A DNA stretch of 64,000 nt from Bacteroidota bacterium (GCA_034440515.1 JAWXCF010000038.1:344-64343); one strand, 5' to 3'. Positions 1 through 11,789 are shown, counted from the first letter of the stretch. Numbers and translations: made by a program. The notes: generated by a model not told the origin, from the letters alone.

Positions 1-564
1 CTCTGCTAGTGCGTAGTCTATGTCTGCACGGAATGTATGAAGCGGGGTACGCCCCTCTTTATACCCTTCAGACCTAGCTATCTCTGCACCACCTAGTCGG
101 CCACTTGCCCTTACTTTTATACCCTCTGCACCCATTCTCATTGTACTGGCTACTGCCATTTTCAATGCACGACGGAAACTGATACGAGCCTCTAATTGAT
201 TGGCAATATTTTCTGCTACCAAGGCAGCTTCTAGTTCAGGTCTTTTAATCTCGTGAATGTTGATCTGAACGTCTGCAGCAGTTGTTAATTTTTTTAACTC
301 ATTACGAAGTTTTTCAACTTCTTGTCCACCTTTACCTATTACTATACCAGGTCTAGCTGTGTGTATGGTAACGGTTACACGCTTTAATGTACGCTCAATA
401 ACAATACGGGCTATACCGCCACGTTGAATATGTTTGTTGATGTAGGCACGAATTTTAAAGTCTTCAAGTAGCTTTTTAGCATAGTCTTTTGTACCATACC
501 AATTACTCTCCCATCCGCGGATGTAACCTAATCTTAGCCCAATCGGGTTTACTTTTTGTCCCAT
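1..564 (-). CDS. rpsC: 30S ribosomal protein S3 (5' part; gene continues beyond window start)
   Basis: Reverse complement of 541-564 reads ATG GGA CAA AAA GTA AAC CCG ATT = MGQKVNPI, the canonical S3 N-terminus. The frame stays open to position 1. It sits immediately upstream of rplV in S10-operon order. Confidence 0.85.
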   Translation of the reverse strand, partial: MGQKVNPIGLRLGYIRGWESNWYGTKDYAKKLLEDFKIRAYINKHIQRGGIARIVIERTLKRVTVTIHTARPGIVIGKGGQEVEKLRNELKKLTTAADVQINIHEIKRPELEAALVAENIANQLEARISFRRALKMAVASTMRMGAEGIKVRASGRLGGAEIARSEGYKEGRTPLHTFRADIDYALAE

Positions 565-582
565 TTCTTATATAATCTTTAT

Positions 583-954
583 TTAAGCGATGGTATCTAC
601 TTTTGCTTCTTGCGGTAGACCAACGGTTAGGGTAATGTGGTTAGAACGTTTACGAATTCTGTGGGCACGACCTTGAGGTGCAGGTTGCACTCTCTTTAGC
701 ATTCTGCCGCCGTCAACTGTTATGCGTTTTACAATTAGTTCACTTTCGTCAGCACCAGACTCTGCGTGTGCTTGCTTCCAATTATTAATTGCACTGAGCA
801 ACAATTTCTCTAATTGTACACTGTACATATGTTTTTCGTGTACTTTCAGTACATATATTGCCTTGTCAGCACGCATACCACGTATTAGGTCAGCCAATAG
901 GCGCATTTTACGTGGAGAGAATTGTGATCTATTTAATTTTGCTAATGCTTCCAT
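583..954 (-). CDS. rplV: 50S ribosomal protein L22
   Basis: 123-aa ORF with an ATG start (cat at 952-954). The sequence is L22-like (…KAIYVLKVHEKHMY…). It lies between S3 and S19 as in the S10 operon. Confidence 0.93.
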   Translation of the reverse strand: MEALAKLNRSQFSPRKMRLLADLIRGMRADKAIYVLKVHEKHMYSVQLEKLLLSAINNWKQAHAESGADESELIVKRITVDGGRMLKRVQPAPQGRAHRIRKRSNHITLTVGLPQEAKVDTIA

Positions 955-957
955 GGT

Positions 958-1227
958 TTACTTTTTCTTTTTAGCAGTGTGACCTCTGAAAGTACGTGTT
1001 GGTGAAAATTCGCCAAGCTTGTGACCTACCATATTTTCAGTTACATATACAGGAATAAATTTATTACCGTTGTGTACTGCAATGGTATGGCCTACAAACT
1101 GAGGAGATATCATACTACGGCGACTCCAAGTTTTGATTACAGTTTTTTTATCTGTTTCATTTAGGGTATCTACCTTTTTCTCCAGCTTAAAGCTGATGTA
1201 AGGGCCTTTTTTAATAGAACGACTCAT
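958..1227 (-). CDS. rpsS: 30S ribosomal protein S19
   Basis: 89 aa with the motif [38 protein letters not shown], the S19 signature. ATG start. Confidence 0.95.
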   Translation of the reverse strand: MSRSIKKGPYISFKLEKKVDTLNETDKKTVIKTWSRRSMISPQFVGHTIAVHNGNKFIPVYVTENMVGHKLGEFSPTRTFRGHTAKKKK

Positions 1228-1230
1228 AGC

Positions 1231-2061
1231 TTACTTTCTTTTCTTACGTCTTTCGATGATGAATTTAGATGTAGGATTTTTAGGTGCACGAGTTTTCTTG
1301 CCCTTAGAATATAATCCTTTTCTTGAACGGGGTTGTCCACCTGATGCACGACCCTCACCACCACCCATAGGGTGATCTACTGGGTTCATTGCTACACCAC
1401 GTACACGTGGTCTACGGCCCAACCATCTTCTACGACCTGCCTTACCATCGCTGGTCAAGCTGTGGTCACCATTACTAACACTACCTACTGTAGCATAGCA
1501 TTGTGCTAATACCATTCTAGTTTCACCACTTGGCATTTTTAAGATGGCATATTTACCATCTCTGGCTAATAGTTGAACATATGAACCAGCACTTCTAGCG
1601 AAAGATCCGCCTTTGCCTGGGTGCAACTCAACATTGTGTACTAGTGTACCTAGTGGTATAAACTGTAGTTTAAGAGTATTCCCAATCTCTGGGGCTACTC
1701 TTTCACCACTTATTATTTCTTGCCCTACGGTAATGCCCTTAGGTGCTAGTATATAAGTCTTTTCGCCATCAGTATATTCTACTAATGCTATGAATGCTGT
1801 ACGATTCGGATCATACTCAATGGTCTTAACAGTAGCAGTTATGCCGTGTTTAGCCCTTGCGAAGTCTATAATACGATACTTACGTTTGTGACCACCGCCC
1901 ATATAGCGCATAGTCATTTTACCAGTATTGTTACGTCCACCAGATTTCTTGATTGGGCGTAGCAAACTTTTCTCAGGTTTGTCAGTAGTTAACTCAGCAT
2001 AAGAGTTTAATACTGCGAAACGTGTACCTGGAGTATTCGGTTTTAATCTTTTTACTGCCAT
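1231..2061 (-). CDS. rplB: 50S ribosomal protein L2
   Basis: 276 aa, [15 protein letters not shown]…, with the conserved GGGHKR and C-terminal [12 protein letters not shown] motifs of L2. Confidence 0.96.
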   Translation of the reverse strand: MAVKRLKPNTPGTRFAVLNSYAELTTDKPEKSLLRPIKKSGGRNNTGKMTMRYMGGGHKRKYRIIDFARAKHGITATVKTIEYDPNRTAFIALVEYTDGEKTYILAPKGITVGQEIISGERVAPEIGNTLKLQFIPLGTLVHNVELHPGKGGSFARSAGSYVQLLARDGKYAILKMPSGETRMVLAQCYATVGSVSNGDHSLTSDGKAGRRRWLGRRPRVRGVAMNPVDHPMGGGEGRASGGQPRSRKGLYSKGKKTRAPKNPTSKFIIERRKKRK

Positions 2062-2069
2062 ACTCTTAT

Positions 2070-2360
2070 TTAGATGTTGCTATAGAAATCTATTTGATCT
2101 CCGTCTTTAAGTTTCACAATAGCTTTTTTCAAGGCAGGGGTGCGTCCTGATATAAAATTACGTTTGGTAAAGCGTGTTTTGCTTTTACCTTTATAATTCA
2201 TAGTACGAACTTCCTCTACCGTTACTTCATATATCTTTTCGATTTCAGCCTTTATTTCCAGTTTATCCGCTTTAGGGTCCACCATAAACGTGTACTGATT
2301 TAGCTTATCTTGTAGTTGTGTTCCCTTTTCAGTTACCACAGGTTTTTTTAATATGCTCAT
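2070..2360 (-). CDS. rplW: 50S ribosomal protein L23
   Basis: 96 aa. Position between L4 and L2, plus L23-like sequence (…[24 protein letters not shown]…). Confidence 0.9.
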   Translation of the reverse strand: MSILKKPVVTEKGTQLQDKLNQYTFMVDPKADKLEIKAEIEKIYEVTVEEVRTMNYKGKSKTRFTKRNFISGRTPALKKAIVKLKDGDQIDFYSNI

Positions 2361-2369
2361 ATCTGTAGT

Positions 2370-2996
2370 TTACTTTAAAGTTTCGTTAATTATGTTAACT
2401 GCATCTTCTGTCAATATCAATTTTTGCGCGTGCAATAGTGAATATGTATTCAACTCACTCGGTAGTGCAATATTTGCATTTTGAATGTTACTAGCAGATT
2501 TCATAATGTTCACATTAGCTGAACCAATTACGAAAAGGCTACGATTATCTGTAAGATTAAGTGCAGATAATATTTGGGTAAACTCTTTAGTTTTAGGTAC
2601 TGCCATATCAAAGTTTTCTACAACCACTATCTGATTGTTGATTGCCTTGTATGCTAATGCTGACCTACGAGCTAATGACTTAACCTTTTTGTTCAATTTA
2701 ATATCGTAGTCACGGACTCTAGGACCAAATACACGTCCACCACCACGAAGCAATGGAGACTTAATATCACCACGACGAGCGCCACCGCTCCCCTTTTGCT
2801 TGATAAGTTTACGCGTAGAACCCCTAAGTTCATTACGTTCTTTTGCTTTGTGCGTACCCTGACGGTTTGCGTTTTGAATACGCTTAACGTCTAGGTAAAT
2901 CACGTGATCATTGGGCTCTATGGCAAAGATTTCATCAGCCAGAGTTACCATTTTAGTGGTTTTCTCACCTTTTATGTTGAATACTTCCAGTTCCAT
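2370..2996 (-). CDS. rplD: 50S ribosomal protein L4
   Basis: 208 aa with L4-like sequence (…[25 protein letters not shown]…). Position after L3. Confidence 0.93.
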   Translation of the reverse strand: MELEVFNIKGEKTTKMVTLADEIFAIEPNDHVIYLDVKRIQNANRQGTHKAKERNELRGSTRKLIKQKGSGGARRGDIKSPLLRGGGRVFGPRVRDYDIKLNKKVKSLARRSALAYKAINNQIVVVENFDMAVPKTKEFTQILSALNLTDNRSLFVIGSANVNIMKSASNIQNANIALPSELNTYSLLHAQKLILTEDAVNIINETLK

Positions 2997-3003
2997 TTTA
3001 CCT

Positions 3004-3621
3004 TTATTTATGAATAACTACAAATGATCCTTTTCCTCCTGGCACTGCTCCTTTTAGGAGTATCAAATTCTTTTCAGGCATAATTCTGACAACGACAAGG
3101 TTTTGAACCTTTACTCTGTCGCCACCCATTCTACCTGCCATTCGCATACCTTTAAAGACACGGCTAGGCCAAGATGAGGCTCCAAGTGATCCCGGTGCAC
3201 GTGCTCGGTTATGCTGACCGTGAGTTCTACCACCTACACCACTAAAGTTGTGTCGGCGTACTACTCCCTGAAAGCCCTTACCCATACTGGTACCCACTAC
3301 ATCAACAAATTCACCTTCTTCGAAGATACTAATGTCAATACTGTCACCTAATTTCAGCGCTTGCTCAAATTCCAAGAACTCCACCAATTTAGCTTTAGGA
3401 GGGGTGTTAGCCTTCTCAAAATGACCTTTTAAAGCCTTTGTTGCGTTCTTTTCCTTACGGTCTCCGTATGCAAGTTGAACTGCGTTATAACCTTCATTTT
3501 CCTCAGTTTTTACGTGAGTGACAACGCACGGACCAGCCTGGATTACTGTAACGGGAATATTCTTCCCGTCAGCATCAAAAATGCTGGTCATACCTAATTT
3601 TTTACCTATTATGCCTGACAT
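3004..3621 (-). CDS. rplC: 50S ribosomal protein L3
   Basis: The ORF track starts at a TTG (3625-3627). The first ATG (cat at 3619-3621) gives [15 protein letters not shown]…, the canonical L3 N-terminus. Confidence 0.93.
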   Translation of the reverse strand: MSGIIGKKLGMTSIFDADGKNIPVTVIQAGPCVVTHVKTEENEGYNAVQLAYGDRKEKNATKALKGHFEKANTPPKAKLVEFLEFEQALKLGDSIDISIFEEGEFVDVVGTSMGKGFQGVVRRHNFSGVGGRTHGQHNRARAPGSLGASSWPSRVFKGMRMAGRMGGDRVKVQNLVVVRIMPEKNLILLKGAVPGGKGSFVVIHK

Positions 3622-3623
3622 TA

Positions 3624-3929
3624 TCAAACTTTTATTTCTACGTCAACACCACTTGGCAATTCCAACTTCATCAGTGCATCAACTGTTTTAGCAGAACTAC
3701 TGTAAATGTCTATTAATCTTTTATGTGAGCACAGTTCAAACTGTTCTCTTGCTGTTTTATTCACGTGAGGTGAGCGTAATACTGTGAAGATTTTCTTCTC
3801 AGTAGGAAGTGGTATTGGACCACTAACAACTGCACCTGTTGTTTTTACGGTCTTTACAATCTTTTCGGCTGATTTATCAACCAAATGGTGATCATAAGAC
3901 TTCAACTTTATTCTAATCTTTTGACTCAT
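3624..3929 (-). CDS. rpsJ: 30S ribosomal protein S10
   Basis: 101 aa, [14 protein letters not shown]…, a clear S10. Confidence 0.95.
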   Translation of the reverse strand: MSQKIRIKLKSYDHHLVDKSAEKIVKTVKTTGAVVSGPIPLPTEKKIFTVLRSPHVNKTAREQFELCSHKRLIDIYSSSAKTVDALMKLELPSGVDVEIKV

Positions 3930-3940
3930 GGTTACTTAGC

Positions 3941-6064
3941 TTACACTTTTTCGGATTTACCTTTCATTTTAGCCAATATACCTTCAGCTATACTATTTGG
4001 CACCTGATCATAATGGCTGAATGTCATAGTACTAGAACCACGTCCAGATGTTACTGTACGCAATGTAGTTACATATCCAAACAACTCACTTAACGGAACT
4101 TTTGCTTTGATGATTTGACCATCGCCACGACTATCTACACCCTCCAACTGTCCACGGCGTCTGTTTAGGTCACCCATTACATCGCCCATATAATCTTCTG
4201 GAGTTACTACTTCTACACTCATTATTGGCTCAAGCAACATAGGCTTAGCTTTTCTACAAGTCTCTCTAAATGCTAATCTAGCACAAAGCTCAAATGATAA
4301 TGAATCTGAGTCCACTGGGTGGAAAGATCCTTCAAACAATCTAACTCTAAGTGAATCTAGCGGATAACCAGCTAGAACACCATTGCTCATAGCATTATCA
4401 AAACCTTTTTGTACTGCAGGAATGTACTCCCTAGGTATAGATCCACCTACTACTTCATTAATGAATTGTAAGCCACCACCGGGGTTTTTCTCTAGGAATG
4501 CTGCATCAGCAGGACCAACCTCTACTTGAATATCTGCAAATTTACCACGACCGCCCGTTTGCTTTTTATAGACTTCGCGATGTTGTACAGTCATAGAAAT
4601 TGACTCTTTGTAGGCTACTTGTGGAGCCCCTTGGTTACACTCTACTTTGAACTCACGTTTCAGTCTATCAACGATAATCTCTAAGTGAAGCTCACCCATT
4701 CCACTAATTACGGTCTGACCAGTTTCCTCATCTGTTTTAACACGGAATGTAGGATCCTCTTCAGACAATTTACCAAGTGCAATACCTAATTTATCTATAT
4801 CAGCTTGAGTTTTAGGCTCAATTGCTAAACCGATAACTGGCTCAGGGAATGTCATACTTTCTAAAGCAATAGGGAATTTCTCATCGCATAGTGTATCACC
4901 AGTACGAATGTCTTTAAAACCAACTGCTGCACCTATATCACCAGCTGTAACTGAATCAATAGGGTTTTGCTTATTAGCGTGCATTTGGAATATACGACTG
5001 ATACGCTCTTTTTTCATAGTTCGCGTATTCAACACATAAGACCCAGCGTCTAATCTACCACTATATACACGGAAGAATGCTAATCTACCCACAAATGGGT
5101 CAGTCATTATCTTGAATGCAAGTGCAGAGAATGGGTCTGATGCTGCAGATTTACGAGTTACCTCTTCTTCAGTATCTGGATTAATTCCCACTACGTCTGG
5201 CATATCCATAGGTGATGGTAGGTATTGACATACCGCATCAAGCATAGTTTGCACACCTTTATTTTTAAATGCAGAACCGCATAGCATTGGTGTAATGCTC
5301 ATAGCAATAGTTGCCTTACGAATTGCAGAACGTAACTCTTCAACTGTGATACTTGCAGGATTCTCAAAGAATTTCTCCATCAATGTATCATCGTGTTCAG
5401 CAATGGCTTCTACCATTTTCTCACGATACTCATTAACAGTTTCAATTAAGTCTTCTGGGATTGGAATAGTGTAAGATTCAAAACCGTAACCTTCTTCTTT
5501 CCATACAGTAGCTTCCATAGTTACTAGATCCACTACACCTTTAAATGTATCTTCTGCACCTATAGGTACCTGAAGTGGAACTGGACGACCATTTAATTTT
5601 TCCTTAACTTGTTTTACTACGTTAAAGAAGTCTGCGCCTGCACGGTCCATTTTATTAACGAAACCGATACGCGCTACATTATATTTATTAGCTTGACGCC
5701 AAACTGTCTCACTTTGCGGCTCAACACCACTTACTGCACAGAATAAAGCAACAGAACCATCTAATACTCTAAGTGAGCGCTCTACCTCTACGGTAAAGTC
5801 AACGTGACCTGGTGTATCAATGATGTTGATGTCATAATCAATATCTTTATACATCCAGTGGGTACGAGTAGCAGCAGAGGTAATGGTAATACCACGTTCT
5901 TGCTCTTGTACCATCCAATCCATAGTAGCGGCACCGTTATGCACTTCGCCAATCTTATGATTAACACCAGTGTAGAACAATACTCGCTCTGTAGTGGTAG
6001 TCTTACCAGCATCAATGTGTGCCATTATGCCGATATTTCTTGTATAATTTAAATCATTACTCAT
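3941..6064 (-). CDS. fusA: Elongation factor G
   Basis: 707 aa with a GTP-binding N-terminus ([23 protein letters not shown]). Classic EF-G, located between S7 and S10. Confidence 0.97.
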   Translation of the reverse strand: MSNDLNYTRNIGIMAHIDAGKTTTTERVLFYTGVNHKIGEVHNGAATMDWMVQEQERGITITSAATRTHWMYKDIDYDINIIDTPGHVDFTVEVERSLRVLDGSVALFCAVSGVEPQSETVWRQANKYNVARIGFVNKMDRAGADFFNVVKQVKEKLNGRPVPLQVPIGAEDTFKGVVDLVTMEATVWKEEGYGFESYTIPIPEDLIETVNEYREKMVEAIAEHDDTLMEKFFENPASITVEELRSAIRKATIAMSITPMLCGSAFKNKGVQTMLDAVCQYLPSPMDMPDVVGINPDTEEEVTRKSAASDPFSALAFKIMTDPFVGRLAFFRVYSGRLDAGSYVLNTRTMKKERISRIFQMHANKQNPIDSVTAGDIGAAVGFKDIRTGDTLCDEKFPIALESMTFPEPVIGLAIEPKTQADIDKLGIALGKLSEEDPTFRVKTDEETGQTVISGMGELHLEIIVDRLKREFKVECNQGAPQVAYKESISMTVQHREVYKKQTGGRGKFADIQVEVGPADAAFLEKNPGGGLQFINEVVGGSIPREYIPAVQKGFDNAMSNGVLAGYPLDSLRVRLFEGSFHPVDSDSLSFELCARLAFRETCRKAKPMLLEPIMSVEVVTPEDYMGDVMGDLNRRRGQLEGVDSRGDGQIIKAKVPLSELFGYVTTLRTVTSGRGSSTMTFSHYDQVPNSIAEGILAKMKGKSEKV

Positions 6065-6074
6065 TTGTACAGTA

Positions 6075-6542
6075 CTATACTCTAAAGTGTGAGAATGCTT
6101 TATTTGCTTCAGCCATACGGTGTGTGTCTTCTTTCTTTTTCACAGCAGCACCTTCGTTGTTAGCAGCAGCCAAAATTTCTGCAGCCAATTTATCAATCAT
6201 TGACTTCCCATTGCGTTTACGTGAATATAAAATCAACCATTTCATACCCATTGCCATTTTACGCTCAGATCTAATCTCTGTCGGTATTTGGAACGTGGCT
6301 CCACCTACACGTCTGGCTTTAACCTCAACTTGTGGTGTTACATTAGTTAGTGCCCTTCTCCATACTTCTAGACCATTCTCTTTAGTACGTGTTTCTACTA
6401 TTTCTAAAGCTCCGTAAACAATGTTAAAAGCGGTGGTTTTTTTACCATCTAACATTAGGTTGTTTACAAATTTTGTTAAAACAGTATCTCCGTACTTCGG
6501 ATCAGGTAATATATAGTGCTTCTTGGGTTTAGTCTTCCTCAT
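6075..6542 (-). CDS. rpsG: 30S ribosomal protein S7
   Basis: 155 aa, [19 protein letters not shown]…, the S7 family. Confidence 0.95.
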   Translation of the reverse strand: MRKTKPKKHYILPDPKYGDTVLTKFVNNLMLDGKKTTAFNIVYGALEIVETRTKENGLEVWRRALTNVTPQVEVKARRVGGATFQIPTEIRSERKMAMGMKWLILYSRKRNGKSMIDKLAAEILAAANNEGAAVKKKEDTHRMAEANKAFSHFRV

Positions 6543-6573
6543 TTTGTTTGAGTTATTTTTTTGACTTTACTTA

Positions 6574-6957
6574 TTATGATTTTTTAACCTTAGGTCGTTT
6601 AGTACCATATTTACTACGGCTCTGTTGACGTTTGTCAACGCCGGCAGTATCTAAGGCACCACGTACTATGTGGTAACGAACCCCTGGTAAATCTTTCACA
6701 CGACCGCCACGAACCAGTACTATGCTGTGCTCTTGTAGGTTGTGACCTTCACCAGGAATGTAAACGTTTACTTCCTTTTGATTAGTTAACCTAACACGCG
6801 CTACTTTACGCATAGCTGAGTTAGGCTTCTTAGGGGTAGTAGTGTACACACGTGTGCACACACCCCTTCTTTGTGGGCAGGAATCAAGGGCAGGAGACTT
6901 ACTCTTATTTTTGATTTTCGTTCTGCCGTTTCTTACCAATTGCTGTATAGTTGGCAT
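6574..6957 (-). CDS. rpsL: 30S ribosomal protein S12
   Basis: The ORF track extends to a TTG at 7026. The in-frame ATG at 6955-6957 gives [12 protein letters not shown]…, the canonical S12 start. The C-terminal part (…[16 protein letters not shown]…) is also conserved. Confidence 0.93.
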   Translation of the reverse strand: MPTIQQLVRNGRTKIKNKSKSPALDSCPQRRGVCTRVYTTTPKKPNSAMRKVARVRLTNQKEVNVYIPGEGHNLQEHSIVLVRGGRVKDLPGVRYHIVRGALDTAGVDKRQQSRSKYGTKRPKVKKS

Positions 6958-7241
6958 ATATCGTGTTAAAAACCTTTCAAATTTTAGGACTGCAAAAATA
7001 GGAGTTTTTTTGCTAATAACAATCAACAGTTTAACTGTTTATTATTAGGGGCAAGCAAGAGGATAAGACACCAAGCCCAATCAAGTTCGAAAAACCATAG
7101 ACAATAACACGTCACGGCAAAACAATATATGAAAGTGCGAAGGTTTTAACCTATTGTTAAAACTTCTAACAGGGGGCAAAAATAAAGTATTTATTTTACA
7201 TTATCATTACGTAATCATACTTTTTTTAAAATATTATGCAC

Positions 7242-7274
7242 AAAAAAAGCCGACTCCTTTTGCAGAAGTCGGCT
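7242..7274 (-). terminator. Rho-independent terminator downstream of the outer-membrane beta-barrel gene
   Basis: Plus strand reads aaaaaaAGCCGACT-ccttttgcaga-AGTCGGCT. On the minus strand this is an 8-bp GC-containing stem followed by a U7 tract, just after the stop of the 7300-8031 gene. Confidence 0.6.
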
Positions 7275-7299
7275 TGTATCATTATCTCTTGGTCAAATA

Positions 7300-8031
7300 T
7301 TATAAAATATTTTCCTTGCTTTCTGGGCAAGCATTAGAAGCTTTACCGCAGCAACTTCCTAAATTATAAGTTAGTCCAAGTGAGGCACCCATACCCAATG
7401 TATTGGTATTGATAATATTGATTGGGTTTACTGAATTAGTTCTGTAATTTAATGATCCAGTTACTGTCATTCCGTGACAAAGCTTTTGATCTATGTATAG
7501 TCCACCTAATAAAGCACCATAACTGGCACGACTAATTCCCAGGTTATTGCTTTTATCAGCGCTTAATTCTGAACCATAGTAACTCTTATCACACAAAGCG
7601 TAGTTAACTGATGCACCTGCTCTAACACCGATAGATGTACCGCAACACCCCAATAGTTTAAAATTGCCAACCATTGGCACCTCAATAGTGCTATAACTTA
7701 CCTGATAATTACCATTATAGGTATTGCCTTCTTTAGTAATAGTATTTATAAATGTATTGTAGTTTACTGTTCTATAGTTTATTCCTGACTCTAGGCTAAA
7801 TTTATCGCAAACACGAAATTTAACTACTTTACCATAGCCAATACCAGTACCTGCTACAGAGTAGGCATCTTTTCTATAGGTAGTATATCTATCTACCATT
7901 GTCTGTACACCTACAGATATTCTTTCTTTCTTTAAGAGATTTATACATTCAGGACCTCCGCAAGCTAAAACGCTTGCAGTACTGCTAAGAGTCAAAACGA
8001 CACCTAGGACTATTGTTTTAAAATTCTTCAT
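7300..8031 (-). CDS. Outer-membrane beta-barrel protein (porin/OmpA-like beta-barrel family), with signal peptide
   Basis: 243 aa with an N-terminal signal peptide (MKNFKTIVLGVVLTLSSTASVLA). It has alternating hydrophobic beta-strand patterning, G/Y/N richness and a C-terminal aromatic region typical of small OM beta-barrels. Confidence 0.55.
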   Translation of the reverse strand: MKNFKTIVLGVVLTLSSTASVLACGGPECINLLKKERISVGVQTMVDRYTTYRKDAYSVAGTGIGYGKVVKFRVCDKFSLESGINYRTVNYNTFINTITKEGNTYNGNYQVSYSTIEVPMVGNFKLLGCCGTSIGVRAGASVNYALCDKSYYGSELSADKSNNLGISRASYGALLGGLYIDQKLCHGMTVTGSLNYRTNSVNPINIINTNTLGMGASLGLTYNLGSCCGKASNACPESKENIL

Positions 8032-8140
8032 TTGATTACAAATATGATTTAAGCTTAATCAAATTTACTCATTTATCTGTTAGTATAATGCTTTGTATAT
8101 AAATAAATTATGAAGAAATGATATTCATTATAATTGAGCT

Positions 8141-8187
8141 TAAATAAAACAGCAACCCCTTGCTACATTTCTATAACAAGGGGTTGC
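8141..8187 (-). terminator. Rho-independent terminator after first DUF1573 gene
   Basis: Perfect 11-bp inverted repeat GCAACCCCTTG…CAAGGGGTTGC (8152-8162 / 8177-8187) with a 14-nt loop. On the minus strand it is followed by a U-rich run. Confidence 0.6.
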
Positions 8188-8245
8188 ATCACTAACTTAT
8201 TTCACAAACAACAACAGGAAACGCCTTAAATAAAAGTAAAACTAT

Positions 8246-8710
8246 CTAAGGTAAATCATCAGTTGGCTCTTGTACATTTCCCTTAATATAAAGGATAATG
8301 ATTTCGTAGCCTATATTAACCGTTAAGGTTTTATCGAATTCTCCAATTTTAGAGGAATCATATCTCACTGTAATTTGCCCTACTCCACCCGGTAATATTG
8401 GTTCTTGTGAGAATGAACTGGTTGTACATCCACAAGAGGGGGTTACAGTTACTAAGCTAATTGGGTCTTTACTTACATTTTTAAGATAATAAGTATATCT
8501 AGCGTCACTTCCATAAGGAATATTGCCGAAATTAAATTTTACAACATTCCATTTTATTCTACTATTTTTATTTCCTGCCTCAAAGGTCATATCCTCAACA
8601 GCCTCTGATTTCTTAATGTGTTTACTACCCTTAGTTGGCTGTGCAATAGCTTGGTTGCATACCATTAGGGTTAGTATTAATATGCACGCTATAAGATGAA
8701 ATATCTTCAT
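8246..8710 (-). CDS. DUF1573-family secreted protein (paralog 1)
   Basis: 154 aa with a signal peptide. Conserved motifs W-x-F-G-x-I/V-x-Y-G and S/T-C-G-C-T are shared with the two downstream paralogs and characteristic of DUF1573. Confidence 0.7.
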   Translation of the reverse strand: MKIFHLIACILILTLMVCNQAIAQPTKGSKHIKKSEAVEDMTFEAGNKNSRIKWNVVKFNFGNIPYGSDARYTYYLKNVSKDPISLVTVTPSCGCTTSSFSQEPILPGGVGQITVRYDSSKIGEFDKTLTVNIGYEIIILYIKGNVQEPTDDLP

Positions 8711-8841
8711 ATTCTTTAATTAAATTATTTAATGTGATGGTAATTATTTCAGAATCATCCAATCAAATATTTAGCTTTGGCCTTCATATATTAATACGAA
8801 TATTCTCGTGATGAAGTTGGAATAATATCAACATTTTTTTG

Positions 8842-8870
8842 CAAAAAAAAGCCGATAGCTATACTACCGG
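8842..8870 (-). terminator. Probable intrinsic terminator after second DUF1573 gene
   Basis: Plus strand reads aaaaaaaaGCCGATAG-ctata-CTACCGGC, an 8-bp stem with one mismatch. On the minus strand it is followed by U8. Confidence 0.45.
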
Positions 8871-8898
8871 CTGTATAGATGAACTATTTCTATCTAAA

Positions 8899-9405
8899 TT
8901 ATTTACCTTGCTCCTTTATGTTACCTTTTATAGTCAACATAATGGCTTCTCCATTATCAAGAGTTACTGTAATAGTTTTGGTAAATGCACCAGGAATGGT
9001 GTTATTGTTATATCTAGCAGTAACATTACCAGTTTTGTTTGGCATTACAGGCTCCTCTGTGCTACCAGCTTTAGTACAACCACAGCTAGTATTTACAGCA
9101 GTGATGGTAACTGGTTTTTGACTTACGTTTTTAAACATAAATGCGTGGCTACAATCAGCACCATAAGTTACGTCACCGAAATCCCAAGTTAACTTGTCCC
9201 AACGAACTGAACTATTTACATCGCCTTCGTCAAATTTAGGTCCTGTTTCTTTTGCAACAGTCTTAGTAGTTTTCGCAGTTTTAGTGGTTTTGCTAGTTTT
9301 AGCAGGTTTACTTTTTTTGCCTTGCTGACCTGGTTTATCACCTGCATTAGCACTTAAGCTAATAGTTAATAAAGCGGCTGCACATAGTGTAAAAAACTTA
9401 TTCAT
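8899..9405 (-). CDS. DUF1573-family secreted protein (paralog 2) with K/T-rich low-complexity linker
   Basis: 168 aa with a signal peptide. A KTSKTTKTAKTTKTV linker precedes the DUF1573-like core (WDFGDVTYGAD…TSCGCTK). Confidence 0.7.
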   Translation of the reverse strand: MNKFFTLCAAALLTISLSANAGDKPGQQGKKSKPAKTSKTTKTAKTTKTVAKETGPKFDEGDVNSSVRWDKLTWDFGDVTYGADCSHAFMFKNVSQKPVTITAVNTSCGCTKAGSTEEPVMPNKTGNVTARYNNNTIPGAFTKTITVTLDNGEAIMLTIKGNIKEQGK

Positions 9406-9599
9406 TATTTAATTAATATAGTGTTGCTATTGTTATTTTATGTTATTTGCAAATTGAATGCCGAATTTCATTGAGTAATCTGCATTTGCATCTGTTGACT
9501 ATGAGCTATACTCATTTTTTTATGCCAAATGGAGCTTAGCCAAAAATATATTTGCAGGTTTATCCTAAATTCCAAACAAATACTAAATTTTAATCTATT

Positions 9600-10070
9600 T
9601 TACTTGCCTGGTTCTCTAATGGTTCCCTTAATTCTTAGCGTGTACTTTTCACCGTTTTTCAAACTGATATATGCATCTTGAGAGAAATAACCCGGCATCG
9701 TACTATCTCTATAAGTTACCTGAATAGTACTGTAATGACCAGGCAGAACACTATCACTACTGTAAATAGTTTTAGCACAAGAGCAGCTAGTACTTACATT
9801 GTCTATTGTAATGCTAGCCCTAGACACATTTTTAAATGTAAAAGAATGAGAGCAGTAGGTTCTGTATCTTACTGATCCAAAATCACATTTCCATTCAGTA
9901 AACTTAAGCGAAGTATCTAATAGCTTATTTGAATTTAAAATTATTATATTGTACTTATTGGTTTCCAAATCATTCTTTGAGATTTGCAAAATATTCATTT
10001 GGCTGTTATATACAGAAAAACTGTTTGTACAAAGATAAAAAAGTAATAAAAAAAGAATAGACACATTCAT
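9600..10070 (-). CDS. DUF1573-family secreted protein (paralog 3)
   Basis: The ORF runs to 10130. The ATG at 10068-10070 gives a clean signal peptide (MNVSILFLLLFYLC…). Core motifs are WKCDFGSVRYRTYCSH…STSCSCAK. Confidence 0.6.
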   Translation of the reverse strand: MNVSILFLLLFYLCTNSFSVYNSQMNILQISKNDLETNKYNIIILNSNKLLDTSLKFTEWKCDFGSVRYRTYCSHSFTFKNVSRASITIDNVSTSCSCAKTIYSSDSVLPGHYSTIQVTYRDSTMPGYFSQDAYISLKNGEKYTLRIKGTIREPGK

Positions 10071-10200
10071 AAAACTATAATAATTATGGCCGACAATGAT
10101 ATATACGTAATTCATATTCCAGCTAATCATATTAAATCAACATTTACAATGCCAAATAATAGCTTTGCTAAAAAATCTAGTTGATATAATTTAAAAAAAT

Positions 10201-11631
10201 ATGAAGCATTTAATATATATAAGTATAATTGGCGTATTAATGATGGGTTGTAAAACCCAGAAACTTAATTATGAGCCAAAATTAGCTACATCTGTTGTTC
10301 AGGCCAAAGAAGAGCGACTTATCAGTCGAATAAACATACCTTTAACTGTAAACTTAGCTGATGCTAGCAATTTTATAAATAAATCTTTACCCAATAATCT
10401 ATATGAAGACAATGATGCTAGCATCGATAATTTAAAAATTAAAGTAGGACGGTTGGGTGATATTAGTCTAACAGGTAGTAACAATAAAATTCAAATAAAT
10501 GTACCACTTCACATAGATTTATTGGCTGAATATGTGATGAATGCTTGTGAAATATGTCCAAACATTAGTGTCCGAAAGTCTCAAGTACTAGATGTTAAGG
10601 TAATTACAACTTCAACCCTAAGTGTAAATGCTGACTGGAAACTGGTAAGTAGAACAGAGACTAGTTATGAATGGATAAGTACGCCAGCAATAGATCTTGG
10701 AATTGTAAAACTACCAGTTACAATGCTAGTTAATAAGATATTAAAACCTAGAATGAATGAAATATCAGCACAAATAGATAAATATTTGTATTCACAGATT
10801 GACATAAAAACCCCAATAAATATAGCTTGGAAGGAACTGCACAGACCTGTAACCCTAGACCCAGATACTAAGACAATTTTAAATATGGAGCCACAGAACA
10901 TACAAATGAGTCCTATAAGTATTAGTAACAATATAGTTTCATTGAACCTTGGTCTAGAGTCTTATTTAAACATTAGTAGCGGAATAGACGTCAGACCATC
11001 ACCACTTAAGGTACTACCAAAGCTGATAACCACGAAAGCAATTAATGATGCTTGTCAAATAGCTATATATGGAACAGTATCTTATGATTTAGCTACGAAA
11101 CTAGCCAGTCAATTTTTGGTAAATAAAACATTTACAGCTGAGAAAAAATACAACATATTGGTAAAATCGATTAAAATTTACAAAAAACCAGACGAGGCAA
11201 ATAAAATGGCGATGACCTTAGGCATAAAGGGAACTGTCGGAAAAGGGCTATTTAAGAAAAAAGTAAATGGACTAGTATTTTTAGAGGGAACTCCTTATTA
11301 TGATCAAATTGAAGGTTCCATCAAAATAAAAAATTTAGACTATTCTTTTGATACTAAAAATGCACTAAATAAAGCAGCAATTTGGGTGTTAAAAATTGGA
11401 TTTAACAAATATATAGAGAGCTATATGGTGTATCCTGTAAAGGATCAAATTGACTATGCATTTAATACTATATCAACTAGACTTGAGAAGAAATCTAAAA
11501 TAGGCGACTATGCTGAAATGTATGGTACGCTAAATAGCCTGCAACCAGGTACAGTGTATGTAAACGATGGAGGTATCAATGCGGTAATACTTGCAGGAGG
11601 TAAAGTCAAAATTGAATTATTAAAGCCATAA
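10201..11631 (+). CDS. Large lipoprotein, DUF4403-like (hypothetical)
   Basis: 476 aa with a lipoprotein signal (…GVLMMGC). The size and composition resemble the Bacteroidetes DUF4403 family. The assignment is from memory and not verified. Confidence 0.45.
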   Translation: MKHLIYISIIGVLMMGCKTQKLNYEPKLATSVVQAKEERLISRINIPLTVNLADASNFINKSLPNNLYEDNDASIDNLKIKVGRLGDISLTGSNNKIQINVPLHIDLLAEYVMNACEICPNISVRKSQVLDVKVITTSTLSVNADWKLVSRTETSYEWISTPAIDLGIVKLPVTMLVNKILKPRMNEISAQIDKYLYSQIDIKTPINIAWKELHRPVTLDPDTKTILNMEPQNIQMSPISISNNIVSLNLGLESYLNISSGIDVRPSPLKVLPKLITTKAINDACQIAIYGTVSYDLATKLASQFLVNKTFTAEKKYNILVKSIKIYKKPDEANKMAMTLGIKGTVGKGLFKKKVNGLVFLEGTPYYDQIEGSIKIKNLDYSFDTKNALNKAAIWVLKIGFNKYIESYMVYPVKDQIDYAFNTISTRLEKKSKIGDYAEMYGTLNSLQPGTVYVNDGGINAVILAGGKVKIELLKP

Positions 11632-11789
11632 TACCCAATAAGAAGAATCTATTTGATAAATAGTAGATGCTTAGTTGCGTAATATTTTTTATCATAGCTT
11701 AAATTTGATGCAAGAAATTGTTAAAAATAAAACTCTACCACATTCAAAACACCTTTTTAAAGCTATAAAAAAATATTGAAACATAAACT

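Noticed and set aside
6958-7026. N-terminal extension of rpsL (and of rplC 3622-3627, hpf, recF, miaB, NamZ-like, LolE-like in the ORF track)
   Set aside because: The track uses the longest ORF including TTG/GTG. Canonical conserved N-termini begin at internal ATGs, so the extensions are artefacts.
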